In this document: positions 58,425 through 64,000 of the stretch, in pieces
Position numbering within the stretch: position 1 is the first letter of the stretch
Layout of the letters: each line of letters begins with the position of its first letter
Assembly (NCBI GenBank): GCA_965644495.1
Contig: CBFFSA010000005.1
Location: 682,001-746,000, forward strand
Length of the DNA: 64,000 nt
Direction: 5' to 3'
Origin: Perkinsela sp. CCAP 1560/9
Lineage: Eukaryota > Protista > Euglenozoa: Kinetoplastea
Made by a program: the position numbers and the translations under genes
Notes under the pieces: model-generated
Seen by the model: the letters and a program-made list of their open reading frames with translations, nothing else
Told to the model about the DNA's origin: nothing
The model's database searches: none

Positions 58425-59369
58425 TCACCAATTTACATTTGTGAGCATAATGTAGAGGAGAGGAAAACCCAGTCCTACAGCACCTAAACCGATTGCCCAC
58501 ATTGGGGTGGTTGCTCGTTGTCCCTTCGTAGAGCTTCTGGACATCGCTCGAACGTTTTCTGCTGGAGACGCAATCAAATAATCTTTGTCGAGACGCAAAC
58601 AACGCAATTCAGGAGGAGCCTGAAGAAAGTTAACCTCTGCATCAAATTGATTCGAATAAAACGATGCACTTCGAAGCGAAGCCGGAAGAAACGCGAGGTT
58701 CAGTTTTCCATAAAACTTATTGCGTGAGACGTTTAGCGTTTCTAGCTGTCTGGGTAGATTTCGAAAGGACGGGTACCCATTGAAATAATTGGACGAAATA
58801 TCAAGGTGTGTCAATCCGACAGGGAGAGACGTGAGATCAACAGCCAAACCAAACCTATTTCCCGAAATGGACAAAAACTCTAACGGCTGTGGGAGACGGG
58901 TAAAATCAAACGGTCCATGAAACTGATTTGCGTCGAGCTGCAAGTGACGAAGCCCCTTGGGAAGCCACCATGCTGCAACTTCACCCGATAGAGCATTGTG
59001 GGATACGTCCAAAATGCCCAGAGAGTCTGGAAGAGCTCTCCAATTAGGTTTTCCTCCTAGCCTCTTGGGGGACTTATGTGGTCTAAGAGATGCTGGGTAA
59101 AGAGAAGACCATCGAAGCGCATGAACTATGCCACCCGACGTACATTCAACGCCTTTCCACTTTGACACATTTTCGTCGCTATTCCAAGAAGGATGGCGAA
59201 ATGAAACATCTTCAAGAAACTGAAAGAGTCGCTCTGAAGGAGAAAGAATAAGAGAGCTGTGAACTTTCCCAGGTCGACGGCAACTTTCACTACACTTCAA
59301 ACCAATCACGACGGTCATGTTCGATTTAGAGAATTTATTGAACACTCGACGTTTTTTAACCTTTAACAT
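58425..59369 (-). CDS. LRR protein with C-terminal anchor; recent paralogue of 51780-52706
   Basis: Nearly identical DNA over 58338-59385 versus 51696-52723. Confidence 0.85.
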   Translation of the reverse strand: MLKVKKRRVFNKFSKSNMTVVIGLKCSESCRRPGKVHSSLILSPSERLFQFLEDVSFRHPSWNSDENVSKWKGVECTSGGIVHALRWSSLYPASLRPHKSPKRLGGKPNWRALPDSLGILDVSHNALSGEVAAWWLPKGLRHLQLDANQFHGPFDFTRLPQPLEFLSISGNRFGLAVDLTSLPVGLTHLDISSNYFNGYPSFRNLPRQLETLNVSRNKFYGKLNLAFLPASLRSASFYSNQFDAEVNFLQAPPELRCLRLDKDYLIASPAENVRAMSRSSTKGQRATTPMWAIGLGAVGLGFPLLYIMLTNVNW

Positions 59370-59550
59370 ACTTTTAAGCTTCGAAACATATAAAACTGGA
59401 AGTTCACGCCAATATTTTTTTTTGTATGAAATACGTGACACCAAGTAACGTAATGAAACCAATTTAAACTCGCTCAAATCTCCTTTTCCATGATCTCACC
59501 ATGTATAATGATTGTACAGGGGGCTATTATTAACCCCCTTCCTTTTCTTT

Positions 59551-61125
59551 TCACACCTCCTTCCCCCCCTTTCCCCCTCTCCCCTGGTTTCCCCCACTAC
59601 GGGTGTGGGAGATCCAGTCCATCCCGGTGCCTACGACCACCGGGACCAGCGCGGCCCACTGCGCGGGTCGCAGCACGTGGCCGTTCACCCATATGGATAA
59701 CACCACACTCAGCACCTTGCGGCTCACCGCGGCCCCGGTGAGGGTGAGAGAGCCGAAGTGGTGCTGGACGTAAAACACGACCAGTTGGCCGAGTGCCCCG
59801 CAGAGGGCGTAGATCCCAACGTCCCGCCGTAGCGAGGCGCTTTGCTGGAGTAGAGGGAGTGCTGAGGAGAGTTGAGGGGGAAACAACGAATTCGTGTTAC
59901 TATTGGGGGCAAACAAAGAATTCGTGTTGTTATTTGGACCCAACAACAAACTCGTGTTGTTATTGGGGGCAAACAACAAACTCGTGTTACTATTGGGGGC
60001 AAACAACGAATTCATGTTGTTATTGGGGGCAAACAACAAACTCGTGTTGTTATTGGGGGCAAACAACAAACTCGTAGGGTTGTTATTTATCCCCCCTAAC
60101 CCCCACGGGGTTCCGAAACGCCCATCGTAGTAGGGAGCGATTTCGGAGGCGACCAGCACGAGGGTGTGGAACAGGAGACCGCAGAGGTTGGTCCACGCCA
60201 TGAGTTGCAGCGGACGGTAGTGGTAGCGTCGGACTTGGTCGTCCTGGGTGGCGTTCGTGTAGGCATCGGAGAGGAGGTTGAGAAAGATTAGGGCCAGGCC
60301 GTAGAGCAGGGAGGGATCCAGGGAGGCGAAGAATTGCTGGCAAAGAAAAAAGAGACAGCGTGAGGGGTTAGGTTTTGTGTGGGTTTCGTGCGGAGGTGAG
60401 GGGGTAGAGGCCTCAGGGAGATCCGCGGTTGTGTTAGCAACAGGACGCGCTGTCTTGTTTAAAAATGTGCTATGATTCTGTGATGAAACGTTTTGTTGAG
60501 AACGGGAGCTGTGAAACGCGGTCAATGAGCTATTTCTTTCGAGATCTGTGACATGGGGTGGCTTGTTTTCTGTATTCTGTTTCACATGGGAACGCTCACC
60601 GTAACTGAATCCTAAAACCCCCAGTGTGATTAAAAACACGGATAAGACTTTTCGTCGAGGGTAGCGTTGCCCATGCAGGGTATACCCCATAAGCATGACA
60701 GGCACCATCTTACATGTCTTGGCTACTAAAATCGTGGGAAAACTCAAATATTTTGTTGCGGCAAGCCCAAGAGGGGCCCCTAAGGTATACGTGATTCCTA
60801 TTCCCATGTGTCGCGCTATGGCATGAGGAGAGATATCCCCGAGAAAAGAGGTATTCGACTTACGTGGAGAAGTTCCAGACCTGGGGTTATTTTTCCGCTT
60901 TACCCATAGCAAAAGCAAAGAAGTCAATGCGCAACATGCGCACTGAATTGCGTTGAGCAGGAAAAATGACCTAAAGTAAAGGGGGGAGGCTCCGAGAGAA
61001 GGGTTGTCAAGAATGACAGGCGAGGTAGAGATTCTCTCTTGCAACACACTCCAGTATAGAAACGCAAAGTTAAGTCCTAGGAGGCTAAGAACAACTCGCA
61101 GCAAGGCTGCGTAGGAAAATTTCAT
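59551..61125 (-). CDS. Nucleotide-sugar transporter, SLC35B1/HUT1 (UAA) family
   Basis: YLSFPTILVAKTCKMVPVMLMG..RYP, DAYTNATQD, GALGQLVVF and SRKVLSVVLSIW..GH; multiple TM helices. Confidence 0.85.
   Translation of the reverse strand: MKFSYAALLRVVLSLLGLNFAFLYWSVLQERISTSPVILDNPSLGASPLYFRSFFLLNAIQCACCALTSLLLLWVKRKNNPRSGTSPRKSNTSFLGDISPHAIARHMGIGITYTLGAPLGLAATKYLSFPTILVAKTCKMVPVMLMGYTLHGQRYPRRKVLSVFLITLGVLGFSYGERSHVKQNTENKPPHVTDLERNSSLTAFHSSRSQQNVSSQNHSTFLNKTARPVANTTADLPEASTPSPPHETHTKPNPSRCLFFLCQQFFASLDPSLLYGLALIFLNLLSDAYTNATQDDQVRRYHYRPLQLMAWTNLCGLLFHTLVLVASEIAPYYDGRFGTPWGLGGINNNPTSLLFAPNNNTSLLFAPNNNMNSLFAPNSNTSLLFAPNNNTSLLLGPNNNTNSLFAPNSNTNSLFPPQLSSALPLLQQSASLRRDVGIYALCGALGQLVVFYVQHHFGSLTLTGAAVSRKVLSVVLSIWVNGHVLRPAQWAALVPVVVGTGMDWISHTRSGGNQGRGGKGGKEV
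59880..60075. repeat. In-frame 30-bp tandem repeat (~6.5 units, NNNTSLLFAP)
   Basis: Seen directly within the transporter CDS. Confidence 0.9.
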
Positions 61126-61464
61126 GCGTGCGTATTTTTTCTTGAGTTTAAAAAACTTCGCAAGTTTTTGAAATTTATTATGTTACTTTTTTGTTGTAAA
61201 GTATCCAAACCTAGTAAGCTAGAAAAGTAGAAAATACAAGAAAACGGAAAATTCACCATGAAATAAGAAAAAGATAGGGATTGGAAAAGAAGCATATACA
61301 TGTACACATTACACTCTACAGTAACTGTCTTCATTTGACCTACGATCACTATCTCAAAGCCATACAAAGCGAAAGAAAGCTCATTACCGATATGCCTATG
61401 TACATGTAATTAATAAATTTGCGCCATAATTAAAATCTGTATCCTTGATGGATCCTCAGATCAC

Positions 61465-62166
61465 CTAACTGGTATACTTAGATAAAAGTTCTATGCGAGT
61501 GCTTCGTATCTCTATGCTTAATTTTTTGGGAATCACACTCCAGGGTAGACATGCAGCGAGTGCGTTGTTGTAACTCAAGGACAAGTGCCGCAGTGATTTG
61601 GGGAGATGCTCAAGATCTACGTTGCCTTCAAACACGTTTCGGGAAAGATCCAAATGTTTTAACCCCGGAGGGAGATGTGTTAGGTCGGGTGTCCCAGAAA
61701 AGCGATTTCCTGCAATGTTCATATGTTCAAGTGAATTCGGCAAATTTGTGAAGTCGGCAACTCCATAAAAAGGTAAATCGCTTGAGTACCATTTGCTGAG
61801 ACAGAGGATCTGTAACGTGGTTGGAAGACGCAAAAAATCAAACGGTCCGTGCGCATCCAAATGACTCCAATCTATGTTGATGACATTTCCTTCGCTGTTA
61901 CACTTGATTCCTTTCCATTTACATACTGGGATTTCTGACTTCCAGGAGACTTCCATGTCCTGAATTTCCGAGATGAGTTGACCAAGCAAAATTTCTTGTG
62001 AAAAAGTGGCATGGTGAACACGACCAGAGCGCACTTTCTTTCCACTCGTATCACTACTTCGTAATATGCGGGTAATGCAAATCGTAGACATACAGTGCAA
62101 GTATGACAAATTCGAAACTAAAGAAAACAGTCCTAGAAAACAAAAACCAAATTCAGTGCAGGTCAT
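61465..62166 (-). CDS. Leucine-rich repeat protein (true start probably at an internal Met near 62090)
   Basis: CKWKGIKC cap; DFTNLP, DLTHLP and DLEHLP repeats. Confidence 0.8.
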   Translation of the reverse strand: MTCTEFGFCFLGLFSLVSNLSYLHCMSTICITRILRSSDTSGKKVRSGRVHHATFSQEILLGQLISEIQDMEVSWKSEIPVCKWKGIKCNSEGNVINIDWSHLDAHGPFDFLRLPTTLQILCLSKWYSSDLPFYGVADFTNLPNSLEHMNIAGNRFSGTPDLTHLPPGLKHLDLSRNVFEGNVDLEHLPKSLRHLSLSYNNALAACLPWSVIPKKLSIEIRSTRIELLSKYTS

Positions 62167-62958
62167 GGCGACAGTGAATGTTCGACCTCATTCCGTCAGC
62201 ATTTGACTTATCTTGAAAAGAATTGTTCATGAACAATAAGCTCAAAGAACAACCTATATTGATCATAATAGAGCAGCTAAAGTTTGAACCAAGTCTACCC
62301 ACATTTCAAAATTTCCCCTAAAATTAACTAAACCACTGTTCGGGTTAATATTCCTGGTAGGAATATTAAGAGGGTATAGGAATATTACGAGGTATAGGAG
62401 TGCAACCAGGTATAAAACAAATTAGCAGAAAAGGACCAAAATAGATTGACGTAGCTCTCTAGGGAATAGTTTCATTATTATAGAGCGGGGGGGTAGGAAT
62501 ATAAAAAAATAGCGAAAAAGGAGCATTTTTTTTCGCGCTGTGAAGAGGCGCGATCTTTAAGTTTTGTTCTCTTTTTGGTCTGTTTAGGGCTTGTTACACT
62601 AACGTCGTTAGTGGGAAGCAATTTGCGAAGCCGGAGGGGGGGGGTATGGCGAGGGCCCGCGTGAGCGGGCCTGAGCCATACGCGGCGTCGTTAGTGGGAA
62701 GCAATTGGCGAAGCCGGAGGTGGTGGTATGGCGAGGCCCCGCGTGAAGGGATTAAAGGATGGGATTAAAAAAAGTTTGCACACGTTTGTTTAGACCTTTT
62801 TAACACCTTTTTAGAATGAGTTTGTCCTTGTTTTTTAAGTTATATCCAACCCACATTGAATACAAAAATGGCCTAAATATTCTCCTTTAGATTTACCGTC
62901 ACGTGCACACGCCCATTCTCTACCGAGGCACACATACCCCAAATACCTCTCTATTATT

Positions 62959-64000
62959 TTACTGCATAAAACTACGCCAATTGCAGGGACGCAAAAAGTG
63001 CATCCCTAAACTGTGACTCACACCCAATATCCCGGGAAGGGTGGGGTGAAAGCGGACCTCTTTGCCATACTGCAACCCTCCGTGCTCGAACAGCACTTGT
63101 TCAGGGACCCTACGATGCACTTCTTGCAACCACCCCGGAGGTGTGACCTCAGAATTTTCTTTTCCATCCCCCTTTTCACCTTTTTGCTTAACCTTTTCCT
63201 CTTTTTCCTTCGTATGGGGATGAAGGGCTAACGCTTGCAACTCCTCCTGGGGATCACGCTCGACGGAGAAATCATATACGGCAACTTCCCGATCAGAACA
63301 AACTGCGGCGACTGATTCATTTTGAGGCGACCAGGAAATCGAATTAATCGGATCTTTATGATAGTTTGCGATTTCTAATAACAGCGCACTGTTTTTATGA
63401 GAGGTTGTTTTAGAGTTCTTGCTTCCCTGTTTTTGTTTTTCTAATGCCGAGACGGTGCGTAAATCCCACACCCGGACACGTCCGTTGTCGTCTCCGGTAC
63501 ACAGCAAATGGGAATTTACCGAAAGCGGACCCCAACTGACGACATTAATGTCGACTTGGGGGTTCTCACTGCCCTGCCAGGAAAGCTGAGGAGTTAATTT
63601 CTGCCTCACATCCAACACGGAGAGACGGCCGCTGTGACTGGCGAGTACAAACACACCGGGCTGTGTGGGACTAGCCGCAATGTCCTCTACTGGAGCGTTG
63701 AAATGCCCAGTCAAAATTCCATTTGAGGAAACAGAATTTAAAGAGCTCTCCGTGGTCGATCCACTCGCAACCGAGATATCGGGATGATAGCCAATTTTAC
63801 CTCCATGACTTCCCCAAAGCAACGCTGCTGTATTTTTTGATGCATTCTGACCGTTTCCTGATTTTCCCCATTCCAGAGCCCAGCCTTCATCCTTTTTCCC
63901 CACCGAGAAGGAAAAAAGAGGAGAAGACGAAGATGAGGGCGAAAACGTATTTGACACGTTGGAATTTGAAAAATCCGATACAGCTCCTTTTCCCTGTGTG
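62959..64000 (-). CDS. WD40 ribosome assembly factor GRWD1/Rrb1-like, probably 5'-truncated by the window edge
   Basis: EGWALEW, VEDIAASP, DINVVSW, TGDDNG..VWDLR, YHKDPINSISW, YDFSVERD and PEQVLFEHGG..KEVRFHP. Confidence 0.8.
   Translation of the reverse strand, partial: TQGKGAVSDFSNSNVSNTFSPSSSSSPLFSFSVGKKDEGWALEWGKSGNGQNASKNTAALLWGSHGGKIGYHPDISVASGSTTESSLNSVSSNGILTGHFNAPVEDIAASPTQPGVFVLASHSGRLSVLDVRQKLTPQLSWQGSENPQVDINVVSWGPLSVNSHLLCTGDDNGRVRVWDLRTVSALEKQKQGSKNSKTTSHKNSALLLEIANYHKDPINSISWSPQNESVAAVCSDREVAVYDFSVERDPQEELQALALHPHTKEKEEKVKQKGEKGDGKENSEVTPPGWLQEVHRRVPEQVLFEHGGLQYGKEVRFHPTLPGILGVSHSLGMHFLRPCNWRSFMQ

Overview
Eukaryotic nuclear DNA, very probably from a kinetoplastid. The eIF4A is intronless and closely resembles trypanosomatid eIF4A1, all host genes are co-oriented and intronless, and a spliced-leader (SL) core is present. 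The expanded 'DLTxLP' LRR family is reminiscent of Perkinsela-like lineages, but this is inference. Bases 1-44.2 kb contain no recognisable intact host gene and are a nested transposon graveyard: APE-RT-RNase H LINEs, CRE/SLACS-like retroposons, two tRNA-derived SINE families, a Tc1/mariner copy, a Pif1/Helitron helicase relic, IS30-family transposases and two families of non-coding hairpin-ended elements. Bases 44.7-64 kb are a minus-strand polycistronic-type cluster: eIF4A, five LRR genes, a SAP-domain protein, an SLC35B-type transporter and GRWD1/Rrb1. The strongest leads are: (1) an SL-RNA-headed, highly structured, A-tailed non-coding insertion that splits an LRR gene; (2) bacterial-type IS30 transposons resident in this eukaryotic genome, interrupted by eukaryotic elements and ending in triple tandem repeats; (3) hairpin-ended elements whose terminal palindrome occurs in flip and flop isomers. 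Coordinates of degenerate elements are approximate and were read by eye; no database searches were run.
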